Under the pieces are notes generated by a model. That model did not search any database. It was not told the origin of the DNA and saw only the letters and a program-made list of their open reading frames with translations. From assembly GCF_044647545.1 (NCBI RefSeq), contig NZ_CP172818.1: 64,000 nucleotides of DNA; one strand, written 5' to 3'. Shown here piece by piece: positions 46,629 through 57,463 of this stretch (positions are counted from its first letter, which is position 1; every line of letters starts with the position of its first letter). Position numbers and translations under genes: made by a program. The stretch comes from Escherichia coli (GTDB lineage Bacteria > Pseudomonadota > Gammaproteobacteria > Enterobacterales > Enterobacteriaceae).

Positions 46629-46940
46629 ATTCGTTCTTTTCAGTAAATAACCTGCGTCATTTCACCTTTTATTGTTTCCGTTTCGTGTTTTATGGCTTTC
46701 CGTATTCTTAATTGTTTAATTTATGTAACATGCAAATAATCAATTTGTTAAACACAACATACAACTCATTACCCTGCAAATAATTACAACTGGCAAAAGC
46801 CAGAGACGGGTTTTTATGCCCAGGAGATGACTCATATAGCAATGTTAAAAAAAAAGATGGCTAAAAATTTTTTTTTTAACTTTTCCCCAAAAAAACCCAA
46901 AAATTTTGTTACGCGTACGTTAGGTTCCGCCGTACAGGTA

Positions 46941-48386
46941 TTGGTTTTGCTGGCAATGGGACTGGTGATTTATTTAGCCACCAGTAAATACGGCAATATT
47001 CGTCTTGGCGAAGGAAAACCGGAATACAGCACGCTCTCCTGGCTGTTTATGTTTATTTGTGCCGGTTTAGGTTCTTCTACGCTTTATTGGGGGGTTGCTG
47101 AATGGGCCTATTATTATCAAACCCCTGGATTAAATATCGCACCGCGTTCACAACAGGCACTCGAATTTAGCGTCCCTTACTCCTTCTTCCACTGGGGCAT
47201 CAGCGCCTGGGCAACTTATACGCTGGCCTCATTAATCATGGCTTATCACTTTCATGTGCGGAAAAATAAGGGGCTGAGCCTTTCCGGCATTATTGCTGCT
47301 ATTACCGGCGTTCGCCCGCAAGGCCCATGGGGAAAACTGGTCGATTTGATGTTCCTGATCGCCACTGTCGGCGCACTGACCATTTCCCTTGTTGTCACCG
47401 CAGCAACCTTTACCCGTGGGCTTTCCGCGCTGACCGGTTTACCCGATAATTTCACCGTGCAGGCATTTGTGATCCTGCTTTCCGGCGGCATTTTTTGCCT
47501 AAGCTCGTGGATTGGTATCAACAACGGTTTGCAACGTCTGAGCAAAATGGTTGGCTGGGGCGCGTTCCTGCTGCCATTACTGGTGCTCATTGTCGGCCCA
47601 ACCGAATTTATTACCAACAGCATCATCAATGCCATCGGCCTGACCACGCAAAACTTCCTGCAAATGAGCTTATTCACCGATCCGCTTGGCGATGGTTCAT
47701 TTACCCGCAACTGGACCGTTTTCTACTGGCTGTGGTGGATCTCATACACCCCTGGCGTAGCAATGTTTGTCACCCGCGTTTCCCGCGGTCGTAAGATTAA
47801 AGAAGTTATCTGGGGACTGATCCTCGGCAGCACCGTCGGTTGCTGGTTCTTCTTCGGCGTAATGGAAAGCTATGCCATTCACCAGTTTATCAATGGCGTA
47901 ATCAACGTCCCACAGGTGCTGGAAACACTGGGCGGCGAGACAGCTGTGCAGCAAGTTCTGATGTCGTTGCCAGCCGGTAAATTGTTCCTCGCCGCATACC
48001 TGGGCGTGATGATTATTTTCCTTGCCTCGCATATGGATGCAGTGGCCTACACCATGGCGGCAACCAGTACGCGTAATCTCCAGGAAGGTGACGATCCTGA
48101 CCGTGGGCTGCGTCTTTTCTGGTGCGTGGTAATTACCTTGATCCCGCTTTCAATTCTTTTCACTGGCGCGTCGCTGGAAACGATGAAAACCACCGTCGTA
48201 CTCACAGCCCTTCCGTTCCTCGTCATTTTACTGGTGAAAGTCGGCGGATTTATTCGCTGGCTGAAACAGGATTACGCCGACATTCCGGCTCATCAAGTTG
48301 AACATTATCTCCCGCAGACACCGGTTGAAGCCCTGGAAAAAACACCAGTGCTCCCTGCGGGAACCGTATTCAAAGGCGACAACTGA
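46941..48386 (+). CDS. yeaV: BCCT-family betaine/carnitine/choline transporter
   Basis: BCCT fold, multi-TM; start uncertain (TTG 46941 gives 481 aa, ATG 46956 gives 476 aa); frame stays open upstream through an A/T homopolymer region to 46827. Confidence 0.8.
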
Positions 48387-48417
48387 GCGCCATCATCCTA
48401 ACGATAAAGGTATCCCT

Positions 48418-49542
48418 ATGAGCAATCTGAGCCCTGACTTTATACTACCCGAAAATTTTTGCGCTAACCCGCAGGAGGCGTGGACCATTCCTGCCCGTTT
48501 TTATACCGATCAGAACGCCTTTGAACACGAAAAAGAGAACGTCTTCGCCAAAAGCTGGATTTGCGTCGCTCATAGCAGCGAACTGGCGAATGCCAATGAT
48601 TATGTGACGCGTGAGATCATTGGCGAAAGCATCGTGCTGGTACGCGGTCGTGATAAGGTTTTGCGCGCGTTCTATAACGTGTGTCCGCACCGTGGTCATC
48701 AGTTGTTGAGCGGTGAAGGAAAAGCGAAAAATGTGATTACCTGCCCGTATCACGCCTGGGCATTCAAACTCGATGGCAACCTGGCCCATGCACGTAACTG
48801 CGAAAACGTCGCCAATTTCGATAGCGACAAAGCGCAACTGGTTCCGGTGCGTCTGGAAGAATATGCCGGATTCGTCTTCATCAACATGGACCCTAACGCC
48901 ACCAGCGTAGAAGATCAGTTACCCGGTCTGGGCGCGAAAGTGCTGGAAGCCTGCCCGGAAGTCCACGATCTGAAACTGGCGGCCCGCTTTACCACCCGCA
49001 CGCCTGCCAACTGGAAGAACATTGTCGATAACTATCTCGAGTGCTATCACTGTGGTCCGGCGCATCCAGGTTTCTCCGACTCCGTACAGGTTGATCGTTA
49101 CTGGCACACCATGCACGGTAACTGGACGCTGCAGTACGGTTTCGCCAAACCGTCCGAACAGTCTTTCAAATTCGAAGAGGGCACGGATGCGGCATTCCAC
49201 GGTTTCTGGCTGTGGCCGTGCACGATGCTGAACGTTACCCCAATCAAAGGGATGATGACGGTCATTTATGAATTCCCGGTGGATTCTGAAACTACCCTGC
49301 AAAACTACGATATTTACTTCACCAATGAAGAGTTAACCGACGAGCAAAAATCGCTGATTGAGTGGTATCGCGATGTGTTCCGTCCGGAAGATTTACGTCT
49401 GGTTGAAAGCGTACAGAAAGGGCTGAAATCGCGTGGCTATCGTGGTCAGGGGCGCATCATGGCCGACAGTAGCGGTAGCGGAATTTCCGAACATGGTATC
49501 GCCCATTTCCATAATCTGCTGGCGCAGGTGTTTAAGGACTAA
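48418..49542 (+). CDS. yeaW: Rieske 2Fe-2S oxygenase subunit (carnitine monooxygenase type)
   Basis: 374 aa; Rieske motif CPHRGH...CPYHAW. Confidence 0.9.
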   Translation: MSNLSPDFILPENFCANPQEAWTIPARFYTDQNAFEHEKENVFAKSWICVAHSSELANANDYVTREIIGESIVLVRGRDKVLRAFYNVCPHRGHQLLSGEGKAKNVITCPYHAWAFKLDGNLAHARNCENVANFDSDKAQLVPVRLEEYAGFVFINMDPNATSVEDQLPGLGAKVLEACPEVHDLKLAARFTTRTPANWKNIVDNYLECYHCGPAHPGFSDSVQVDRYWHTMHGNWTLQYGFAKPSEQSFKFEEGTDAAFHGFWLWPCTMLNVTPIKGMMTVIYEFPVDSETTLQNYDIYFTNEELTDEQKSLIEWYRDVFRPEDLRLVESVQKGLKSRGYRGQGRIMADSSGSGISEHGIAHFHNLLAQVFKD

Positions 49543-49597
49543 TGACATCAGCGGCGGTATTTTCCGCCGCTGGGCTGATTTTTGATGGAGTACAGCA

Positions 49598-50563
49598 ATG
49601 TCAGACTATCAAATGTTTGAAGTACATGTGAACCAAATTGAACCGCTTACCGAACAGGTGAAACGCTTCACGCTGGTGGCAACCGATGGCAAACCATTAC
49701 CTACGTTTACCGGAGGAAGTCACGTCATTGTGCAGATGAGCGATGGTGATAACGAGTACAGCAATGCGTATTCACTACTGAGTTCGCCGCATGACACCTC
49801 TTGTTATCAGATTGCCGTTCGGCTGGAAGAACACTCGCGCGGCGGTTCCCGCTTTTTACATCAGCAGGTAAAAGTGGGCGATCGGTTAACGATTTCAACG
49901 CCTAATAACCTGTTTGCGCTAATTCCCTCGGCCAGAAAGCATCTGTTTATCGCGGGCGGTATTGGTATCACCCCTTTCCTGTCGCACCTGGCAGAGTTGC
50001 AATACAGCGACGTCGACTGGCAGTTACATTACTGCTCACGAAATCCAGAAAGTTGCGCATTTCGTGATGAGCTAGTCCAGCATCCGCAGGCTGAGAAAGT
50101 TCATTTTCATCACTCATCAACCGGAACACGACTGGAATTAGCGCGATTATTGGCGGATATCGAACCTGGCACACATGTTTATACCTGTGGCCCCGAGGCG
50201 CTAAATGAGGAGGTAAGAAGTGAAGCTGCGCGTCTGGACATCGCCGCCGATACGATGCACTTTGAACAATTTGCGATTGAAGACAAAACCGGCGATGCAT
50301 TTACCCTGGTGCTTGCCCGTTCCGGAAAAGAGTTTGTGGTGCCGGAAGAGATGACTATTTTGCAGGTTATTGAAAATAATAAAGCAGCGAAAGTGGAATG
50401 TTTATGTCGTGAAGGGGTATGCGGAACCTGCGAGACGGCAATACTGGAAGGTGAAGCTGACCATCGGGATCAGTATTTTAGCGATGAAGAGCGTGCCAGC
50501 CAGCAAAGTATGTTGATCTGTTGTTCGCGCGCGAAGGGTAAACGCCTGGTGTTGGATTTGTAG
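49598..50563 (+). CDS. yeaX: oxygenase reductase subunit (FNR-like domain plus 2Fe-2S ferredoxin)
   Basis: 321 aa; C-terminal CxxxxCxxC...C ferredoxin motif. Confidence 0.9.
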   Translation: MSDYQMFEVHVNQIEPLTEQVKRFTLVATDGKPLPTFTGGSHVIVQMSDGDNEYSNAYSLLSSPHDTSCYQIAVRLEEHSRGGSRFLHQQVKVGDRLTISTPNNLFALIPSARKHLFIAGGIGITPFLSHLAELQYSDVDWQLHYCSRNPESCAFRDELVQHPQAEKVHFHHSSTGTRLELARLLADIEPGTHVYTCGPEALNEEVRSEAARLDIAADTMHFEQFAIEDKTGDAFTLVLARSGKEFVVPEEMTILQVIENNKAAKVECLCREGVCGTCETAILEGEADHRDQYFSDEERASQQSMLICCSRAKGKRLVLDL

Positions 50564-50567
50564 TTTG

Positions 50568-50610
50568 CCGAAGCCGGATGTGGCGCTGAGCGCACCCAGT
50601 CCGGCTTCGG
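50568..50610. terminator. 11-bp inverted repeat between convergent yeaX and rnd
   Basis: ccgaagccgga-N21-tccggcttcgg. Confidence 0.55.
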
Positions 50611-50616
50611 AAGATT

Positions 50617-51744
50617 TTACTGCGGATATTCCTGCAATAAATTGTGTAATGCTTCCGCCATCAGCTCACCACGCCAGCCGGAAATCAGCTCCGGCAAATT
50701 GTTCTGCGGTTTCAGTTTCCAGTGCCAGTTCAGCAGTTGGTTGATTTGCCGACGCGATGCCAGCAATTCGGCGCTGATCTTGTGCGTTTCGCTCACGTCA
50801 GTAATCAGCGACTTAATCGCTTTAAACGCTTTACGATAACCCGGCATGTCCATCAGGTTAAGCATCGGCTGCGGTAAGGCCTCTTCCGGCAATGTCTGCG
50901 CTTTTTCCACCAGCGCCAGCAGCGTTTTACCGTGAAAGCGGATTTCGCTACCGGATAAACCCAGGCTGTCCAGTTCGCCTAAACTTCCCGGCATATAACG
51001 CGCTACAGACCACAAATGCTCTTCACGCACGACAAAGTTCACTGCCAGATCGCGCTCCCGAGCCTTGCGCAGTCGCCAATCGGCTAACAGTTGCAGACAG
51101 GCCAGTTGGCGTGTGCGTAACTGCCAGGCATTGGTGATATCACGCCAGGCATCTTCCGGTGCAACGACTTCCTGACGACGCATTTGCATCAGGCGGCATT
51201 CATCCAGCGCCGCAGGTAGCCAGCCGGAGGCCTCCGTTTCTACCATAAGTTTTGCGGTGATCGGTAACAGATACCAGACATCCGCCGCTGCGTATTCACA
51301 CTGACGTTCGGTCAGCGGTCTGGCCAGCCAGTCGGTGCGCGATTCACTCTTGTCCAGCGTAACGCCGGAATACTCTTCCACCATGGAAGCGAAACCCCAT
51401 GACATCGGGCGTCCGCAGAAGGCAGCAAGGATTTGCGTGTCAATCAAGGGTTGTGGTAATTCGCCAAAGACATTGAGGAACACTTCCAGATCTTCACTGC
51501 CTGCATGGAGAAATTTTGTGATGGACGGATCGCGCAGGATCGCTTTCAGTGGTGACCAGTCGGAGATCCCGAGAGGATCAATTAGCGCCAGATGCTCACC
51601 ATCAAAAAGTTGAATTAGACCCAGTTGCGGGTAATAGGTGCGCGTACGAACAAATTCAGTATCCAGGGCTATCGCCGGAAAGGCACGGACGGCTTCACAC
51701 AAAGAAGCCAGCGCATCGTCCGTGGTAATCATTTGGTAATTCAA
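50617..51744 (-). CDS. rnd: ribonuclease D
   Basis: 375 aa; 3'-5' exonuclease DEDDy domain plus HRDC. Confidence 0.95.
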   Translation of the reverse strand: MNYQMITTDDALASLCEAVRAFPAIALDTEFVRTRTYYPQLGLIQLFDGEHLALIDPLGISDWSPLKAILRDPSITKFLHAGSEDLEVFLNVFGELPQPLIDTQILAAFCGRPMSWGFASMVEEYSGVTLDKSESRTDWLARPLTERQCEYAAADVWYLLPITAKLMVETEASGWLPAALDECRLMQMRRQEVVAPEDAWRDITNAWQLRTRQLACLQLLADWRLRKARERDLAVNFVVREEHLWSVARYMPGSLGELDSLGLSGSEIRFHGKTLLALVEKAQTLPEEALPQPMLNLMDMPGYRKAFKAIKSLITDVSETHKISAELLASRRQINQLLNWHWKLKPQNNLPELISGWRGELMAEALHNLLQEYPQ

Positions 51745-51768
51745 ATTGTATTCTCTTTAGTGGGCGTC

Positions 51769-51794
51769 AAAAAAAACGCCGGATTAACCGGCGT
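51769..51794 (-). terminator. rho-independent terminator after fadD
   Basis: Minus strand acgccgg-ttaat-ccggcgt followed by U8. Confidence 0.85.
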
Positions 51795-51855
51795 CTGACG
51801 ACTGACTTAACGCTCAGGCTTTATTGTCCACTTTGCCGCGCGCTTCGTCACGTAA
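51769..51855 (-). ncRNA. sroD: candidate 3'UTR-derived small RNA at the fadD 3' end
   Basis: Recalled that an ~86 nt sRNA named sroD was mapped between rnd and fadD in K-12; 3' end placed at the terminator U-tract, 5' end approximate. Confidence 0.35.
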
Positions 51856-53499
51856 TTCTCGTCGCAAAATTTTTCCGACGTTAGATTTCGGTAACTCATC
51901 ACGAAACTCCACCAGCTTCGGTACTTTGTAGCCCGTGAGCTGACGGCGGCAAAAGGTCACCAGTGACTCTTCGGTAAGCGATGGATCTTTTTTCACTACG
52001 AAGATTTTCACCGCTTCACCACTGGAGCCGGAAGGTACGCCAACAGCCGCGACTTCCTGTACGCCAGGATGCTGCATGACGACATCTTCAATCTCGTTGG
52101 GATAGACGTTAAAACCGGAAACCAGAATCATGTCTTTTTTACGATCGACAATGCGCAGGAATCCTTCTTCATCCATCACCGCGATGTCGCCGGTGTGTAA
52201 CCAGCCATTTTTGATGATTTCATCGGTAGCATCCGGACGCTGCCAGTAACCCAGCATCACCTGCGGTCCTTTGACACAAAGCTCACCTGGTTGACCCGGT
52301 GGTACTTCGTTGTCGTCGTCATCCACCAGTTTGGCTTCCGTCGACGGCACCGGCAAACCGATGCTACCACTATGATAATCAATATCATACGGGTTAACGC
52401 TGACCAGCGGCGCACACTCGGTCAGGCCATAACCTTCCAGCAGATACTGTCCAGTCAGTTTCACCCAACGTTCTGCCACCACTTGCTGAACAGGCATCCC
52501 TCCGCCTGCGGAAAGATGCAGACTGGAGAAATCCAGCTGCTGGAACTCTTTATTGTTCAGCAACGCATTGAACAAGGTGTTAACGCCAGTGATAGCGGTA
52601 AACGGATATTTCGCTAACTCTTTTACCAACCCTGGAATATCGCGCGGGTTAGTGATAAGCAGGTTCTGCCCACCCAGTTCGATAAACAGCAGGCAGTTAA
52701 TGGTCAGGGCAAAAATGTGATACAGCGGCAGCGCCGTCACCACCAGCTCTTTGCCCGGATGCAACAGCGGACCATAGGTCGCGTTAACCTGTTCCAGGTT
52801 CGCCAGCATATTGCGGTGAGTCAGCATCGCGCCTTTCGCCACACCAGTGGTACCGCCGGTGTATTGCAGGAAAGCTAAATCTTCCGGCACCAGTTCGGGT
52901 TTGACGTACTGCATCCGGTAGCCGCTGTGCAGGGCGCTACGAAATGAAATGGCATCTGGCAGATGGTATTTCGGCACCAGACGCTTGATGTATTTAACAA
53001 CGAAATTGACTACCGTGCCTTTTGCCGTAGATAGCTGATCGCCCATACGGGTCAGAATTACGTGCTGAACGGCGGTTTTATCAACCACTTTTTCCAGAGT
53101 GTGGGCAAAGTTAGACACGATAACAATCGCCGATGCGCCGCTATCGTTAAGCTGATGCTCAAGTTCACGCGGGGTATACAACGGGTTAACGTTTACGACA
53201 ATCATCCCGGCACGCAAAATGCCAAACAGCGCCACCGGATATTGCAATAAATTAGGCATCATCAACGCAACGCGATCGCCTTTCTTCAGTCCCAACCCTT
53301 GTTGCAAATAAGCGGCAAACGCGCGACTGCGTTCTTCCAGTTTGCGGAAGGTCATCACCTCCCCCATATTCACAAACGCGGGTTGATCGGCGTAGCGCGC
53401 GACCGACTGCTCAAACATATCTACCAGAGATTGATAACGGTCAGGGTTGATCTCCGTCGGAACGTCCGCGGGATAACGGTTAAGCCAAACCTTCTTCAA
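51814..53499 (-). CDS. fadD: long-chain fatty acyl-CoA synthetase
   Basis: 561 aa from TTG start with SD gaggtgaag; AMP-binding motif [12 protein letters not shown]. Confidence 0.95.
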   Translation of the reverse strand: MKKVWLNRYPADVPTEINPDRYQSLVDMFEQSVARYADQPAFVNMGEVMTFRKLEERSRAFAAYLQQGLGLKKGDRVALMMPNLLQYPVALFGILRAGMIVVNVNPLYTPRELEHQLNDSGASAIVIVSNFAHTLEKVVDKTAVQHVILTRMGDQLSTAKGTVVNFVVKYIKRLVPKYHLPDAISFRSALHSGYRMQYVKPELVPEDLAFLQYTGGTTGVAKGAMLTHRNMLANLEQVNATYGPLLHPGKELVVTALPLYHIFALTINCLLFIELGGQNLLITNPRDIPGLVKELAKYPFTAITGVNTLFNALLNNKEFQQLDFSSLHLSAGGGMPVQQVVAERWVKLTGQYLLEGYGLTECAPLVSVNPYDIDYHSGSIGLPVPSTEAKLVDDDDNEVPPGQPGELCVKGPQVMLGYWQRPDATDEIIKNGWLHTGDIAVMDEEGFLRIVDRKKDMILVSGFNVYPNEIEDVVMQHPGVQEVAAVGVPSGSSGEAVKIFVVKKDPSLTEESLVTFCRRQLTGYKVPKLVEFRDELPKSNVGKILRRELRDEARGKVDNKA

Positions 53500-53571
53500 T
53501 TCTTCACCTCTAAAATGCGTGTTCGTCGTCATCGCAACCCCAAATGATATACATGTTGTTAACATAATATT

Positions 53572-53588
53572 AACTCATCATACCAGCT
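53572..53588 (-). promoter_or_regulatory. FadR operator in the fadD promoter region
   Basis: Minus strand reads AGCTGGTATGATGAGTT, matching the FadR operator consensus class. Confidence 0.7.
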
Positions 53589-53657
53589 TGATAATTACCC
53601 AACGAAAAGGTTGCGAAGCGCGTCACTATTTATTTTTATCTTTACCGTAAGAATGCA

Positions 53658-53690
53658 GAAACAGCGGACCAGCCGCTGTTTCTTTTTCTT
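53658..53690 (+). terminator. plus-strand GC hairpin with T-run in the fadD-yeaY intergenic region; no plus-strand gene upstream
   Basis: gaaacagcgg-accag-ccgctgtttc followed by ttttt. Confidence 0.5.
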
Positions 53691-53703
53691 TAAAAACAAG
53701 CAA

Positions 53704-54285
53704 TTATTCAGTTACAACTGTTTGTACTCTCGCGGGGCCGGGATTATACCAGCCCCATCCGCCGTAGCCATAGGGCCAGCCACGACCGCCATAAAACCAT
53801 GGATCAATCGGCTGAGGCGGCATAATCACCTGCTGGGTTAAATGCCAACGTTTGTAACCTGTTGCCTGCATCACCATAAATTTATAGGGCGTGTTGCCGA
53901 TTTTTCCGTCAACCGTACCGGTGATTGGCCCGACAACTGTCACCAGCTGCCCACGGAAATCGACCGGATCAAGAAAACCATTCACATCGGCATAAATGCG
54001 GCCGCGAGAAGGTTCTCCCAGCGTCGGTCTGGCTCCGCTGTCCAGTGGTACGGTGGCAATTTCCAGGCGGGTTTTCCCTTGCTGGTTTTGTACCGCAACC
54101 ACTTTGCCGCCAAAGCGTGCCTCCTGACCAACGTACAGCTGCGGCGCACTCATCACCCGAACTAAATCTTGTTGCGGCGTGGGACTGCTGCCTTTAATGG
54201 CGTCCGGCACAGTAACACAACCGCTGAGCATTAGCGCAAACGTACCTGCCAGTATGCCTTTGATAACATTCTTTTGAACCGCCAT
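53704..54285 (-). CDS. yeaY: Slp-family outer membrane lipoprotein
   Basis: 193 aa; lipobox LSGC. Confidence 0.9.
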   Translation of the reverse strand: MAVQKNVIKGILAGTFALMLSGCVTVPDAIKGSSPTPQQDLVRVMSAPQLYVGQEARFGGKVVAVQNQQGKTRLEIATVPLDSGARPTLGEPSRGRIYADVNGFLDPVDFRGQLVTVVGPITGTVDGKIGNTPYKFMVMQATGYKRWHLTQQVIMPPQPIDPWFYGGRGWPYGYGGWGWYNPGPARVQTVVTE

Positions 54286-54323
54286 GATGCGACTCCTTTT
54301 TTCTCAGGGCATACTCTTAAGAT

Positions 54324-55019
54324 TCATTCTTTGCCCGGAAGTTTCTTCCATGCGACGTTGTTACGTAAATAAACCGGTTCGGCATGTTCCACCGCCACCG
54401 TTTTACCCTCGGCAAACATCTGGCAGGCAATCGGCAGCATATCTTCTGCAGCGGGCAGTAACACTTCGCCATCGCACAGGGCCAAACCGCTCTCTTTACC
54501 GAGATCCGGCCAGGCTTGCCAGCCCGTCCCTACCGTCACCCATTCGCCGGAAAGCTGTTGCATCCGTTCATGAACGAGTTCAGGTTTGAGTACGGCTTCG
54601 GTTTCTTCACCGTGCCAGATACCGTTTTCATCACGCTGATATTCGGCCCAGTAAACTTCGCCCATTCGCGCGTCAATGGCTGCCAGCACGCGTGTTGCGC
54701 CGTTTTTGCGCCACGCCCCTTGCGCCATCGTCATTAGCGTGGAGACGCCAATCATCGGTAATTCCGCGCCAAGCGCCAGCCCTTGCGCGATGCCAATACC
54801 AATGCGCACGCCAGTAAAGCTACCGGGGCCGCGCCCGTAAGCCAGAGCATTTATGTCCGTCAGGGAAGTTCCACTGGTGGTCAGGATATCCTGCACCATC
54901 GGTAAGATTCGTTGAGTATGTTCACGAGGGCAAAGCTCAAAATGAGCGTTGACAGTACCGTCGTTCCACAGGGCGACAGAGCAGGCCTCTGTCGCGGTAT
55001 CGATAGCCAGAATTCGCAT
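54324..55019 (-). CDS. tsaB: tRNA t6A37 threonylcarbamoyltransferase subunit
   Basis: 231 aa; starts [17 protein letters not shown]. Confidence 0.95.
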   Translation of the reverse strand: MRILAIDTATEACSVALWNDGTVNAHFELCPREHTQRILPMVQDILTTSGTSLTDINALAYGRGPGSFTGVRIGIGIAQGLALGAELPMIGVSTLMTMAQGAWRKNGATRVLAAIDARMGEVYWAEYQRDENGIWHGEETEAVLKPELVHERMQQLSGEWVTVGTGWQAWPDLGKESGLALCDGEVLLPAAEDMLPIACQMFAEGKTVAVEHAEPVYLRNNVAWKKLPGKE

Positions 55020-55076
55020 GGGTCTTCGTGCTTAGATCAATAAAAAGGCGCGCATCATACCATACTCCATCACAAA

Positions 55077-56987
55077 TTACCTGGAGGATGGTATCGCAAG
55101 GAAACGAACCGCACGGGCAATGTCACGGGTGCGCGGCGCTGGCGGCAGACTGGCGAGAAACGTCGCGCCGTAAGGGCGCATCACCAGCCGATTGTCGCAA
55201 ATCACTAACACGCCGCGATCGTCGGCGTCGCGAATCAATCGCCCTACCCCCTGCTTGAGAGTAATGACCGCATCCGGCAGTTGTACTTCATCGAACGGAT
55301 CACCACCGCGCAAACGGCAATCTTCCATGCGTGCTTTTAATAGTGGATCATCCGGCGAGGTAAACGGCAATTTGTCGATAATCACCAATGACAATGTATC
55401 GCCACGCACGTCCACCCCTTCCCAGAAACTGCTGGTTGCCACAAGAAGCGCGTTACCGGCGCTGACAAATTGCTGCAACAGTTGCCCTTTGCTGGTTTCC
55501 CCCTGCAACAAAACGGGAAGCGTCATGGTAGCGCGGAACTGCTCGGCCAGATCGCGCATCATGGCGTGCGAGGTACAAAGCATAAAACAACGACCGTTGT
55601 TAGCTTCGATGATCGGTCGCAGCATTGCCGCCAGTTGCCGTGCGGAACCCGGTTGATTGGTTTGCGGCAGGTTGCGCGGCACACAGAGTAACGCCTGGCG
55701 GCTGTAATCAAAGGGGCTGGGTAACAGCAACGACTCTGCCTGTTCAATGCCAAGCCGCGAGGTGAAATGATGCAGATCGTCGTTCACCGACAGCGTTGCT
55801 GAGGTAAAGATCCAGCTACCGGGTTTTTGCGCCATTAACTCTTTGAATTTATCCGCCACGCTGAGCGGCGTGAGTGCCAGAGTAAAATGGCGCGAAGTGC
55901 ATTCGTACCAGTAGCTGTAGCCCGGCTGATTGATCTCTTTTAGCCGTTTCAGCCGCGTACGATACAACGTGGCGCGCTCAAATGCCGCATCCAGCAAGGC
56001 GGAACGCCCCAGCGACAGTTTCGCCACGTCATAACAAAGTTCCAGGGTGTCATCGAGCAGTAAAAACGCCCGTTGAATTTGCGGATTAGCTAACAGTTCG
56101 CGCAGGTTGCCACGATAACCAGGCTCACCGAGTTGCAGGCGAAAATCCTGCGCGCTCTGGGCAAGGCGGTCGGCGCACTTTTGTAACTGCTGAGTATCTT
56201 TTAATTCGGTGCGATAGGCGATGGTGATGTCTTTTGCCAGGTCGAGCAGTTGTCGACTGGAGAGTGACTGACCAAAATACTGGCTGGCAATGTCGGGCAG
56301 TTGGTGGGCTTCGTCGAAGATCATGACGTCCGCTTCCGGGATCAGTTCGCCAAAACCGCTCTCTTTCACCACCATATCCGCCAGAAACAGATGATGATTC
56401 ACCACCACCACATCGGCGTCCATCGCTTTTTTGCGTGCTTTGACCACAAAGCAATCTTTATACATCGGGCAGTCGCTGCCAAGGCAGTTATCGTTGGTGC
56501 TGGTGACCAGCGGCCACGCCTGTGAATCTTCCGCCACGCTGACGCAGGTGCTGATATCACCATCGACTGTTTGATTAGACCAGGAGCGCAGCAGGATCAC
56601 ATCGCTTAAGATTTGTACCGGCAGATCGCCCCCCGCCAGCGCCTGCTGTTCGAGACGTTCGAGGCAGAGGTAGTTTGAGCGCCCTTTCAGCAACGCCACG
56701 TTGCCCGTGTATTTCAATGCCTTTGAGACCGTTGGCAAATCGCGGCTGTAGAGCTGATCCTGCAACGCTTTTGAACCGGTCGAGATAATGACTTTCTTTT
56801 TCGCCCGCAGCGCAGGAGCCAGGTAAGCGTAGGTTTTGCCCGTACCGGTTCCTGCTTCCACCACCAGCGGCTGGCCTTTTTCTATCGCCTGGGTGACGGC
56901 TACCGCCATCTGTCGCTGTGGTTCTCGCGGCTTAAAGCCTGGTATCGCTTTCGCCAGCTGACCATCTGGTGCAAAATCGTCCGTCAC
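55077..56987 (-). CDS. yoaA: DinG-family ATP-dependent DNA helicase
   Basis: 636 aa; Walker A AGTGTGKT; DEAH box (FDEAHQL). Confidence 0.95.
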   Translation of the reverse strand: MTDDFAPDGQLAKAIPGFKPREPQRQMAVAVTQAIEKGQPLVVEAGTGTGKTYAYLAPALRAKKKVIISTGSKALQDQLYSRDLPTVSKALKYTGNVALLKGRSNYLCLERLEQQALAGGDLPVQILSDVILLRSWSNQTVDGDISTCVSVAEDSQAWPLVTSTNDNCLGSDCPMYKDCFVVKARKKAMDADVVVVNHHLFLADMVVKESGFGELIPEADVMIFDEAHQLPDIASQYFGQSLSSRQLLDLAKDITIAYRTELKDTQQLQKCADRLAQSAQDFRLQLGEPGYRGNLRELLANPQIQRAFLLLDDTLELCYDVAKLSLGRSALLDAAFERATLYRTRLKRLKEINQPGYSYWYECTSRHFTLALTPLSVADKFKELMAQKPGSWIFTSATLSVNDDLHHFTSRLGIEQAESLLLPSPFDYSRQALLCVPRNLPQTNQPGSARQLAAMLRPIIEANNGRCFMLCTSHAMMRDLAEQFRATMTLPVLLQGETSKGQLLQQFVSAGNALLVATSSFWEGVDVRGDTLSLVIIDKLPFTSPDDPLLKARMEDCRLRGGDPFDEVQLPDAVITLKQGVGRLIRDADDRGVLVICDNRLVMRPYGATFLASLPPAPRTRDIARAVRFLAIPSSR

Positions 56988-57118
56988 ACTACCCCCTGTT
57001 GATTTGAACAGGGATTATGTCAGGATGAGGGCGCTTTCGCCAGTTGAAGTGGTGACGGCGACCTCACATTGTGGCAGTCTTTGCAGCACGAAAATGGAAG
57101 TATAATGAGGACAAAATG

Positions 57119-57463
57119 ATGACTATCGTTCGTATCGATGCTGAAGCCCGCTGGTCTGATGTGGTGATCCACAACAACACGCTCTACTACACTGGTGTAC
57201 CGGAAAACCTCGACGCCGATGCTTTCGAGCAAACTGCCAACACGCTGGCGCAAATTGACGCCGTGCTGGAAAAACAGGGCAGCAATAAATCGAGCATTCT
57301 GGATGCCACCATTTTCCTGGCCGATAAAAACGACTTCGCGGCGATGAATAAAGCCTGGGATGCCTGGGTTGTCGCGGGTCATGCGCCGGTGCGCTGCACG
57401 GTACAAGCGGGTTTAATGAACCCGAAGTATAAAGTTGAAATTAAGATTGTGGCTGCAGTGTAA
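57119..57463 (+). CDS. yoaB: RutC/YjgF (RidA) family protein
   Basis: 114 aa; SD gagga upstream of tandem ATGs. Confidence 0.85.
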   Translation: MTIVRIDAEARWSDVVIHNNTLYYTGVPENLDADAFEQTANTLAQIDAVLEKQGSNKSSILDATIFLADKNDFAAMNKAWDAWVVAGHAPVRCTVQAGLMNPKYKVEIKIVAAV

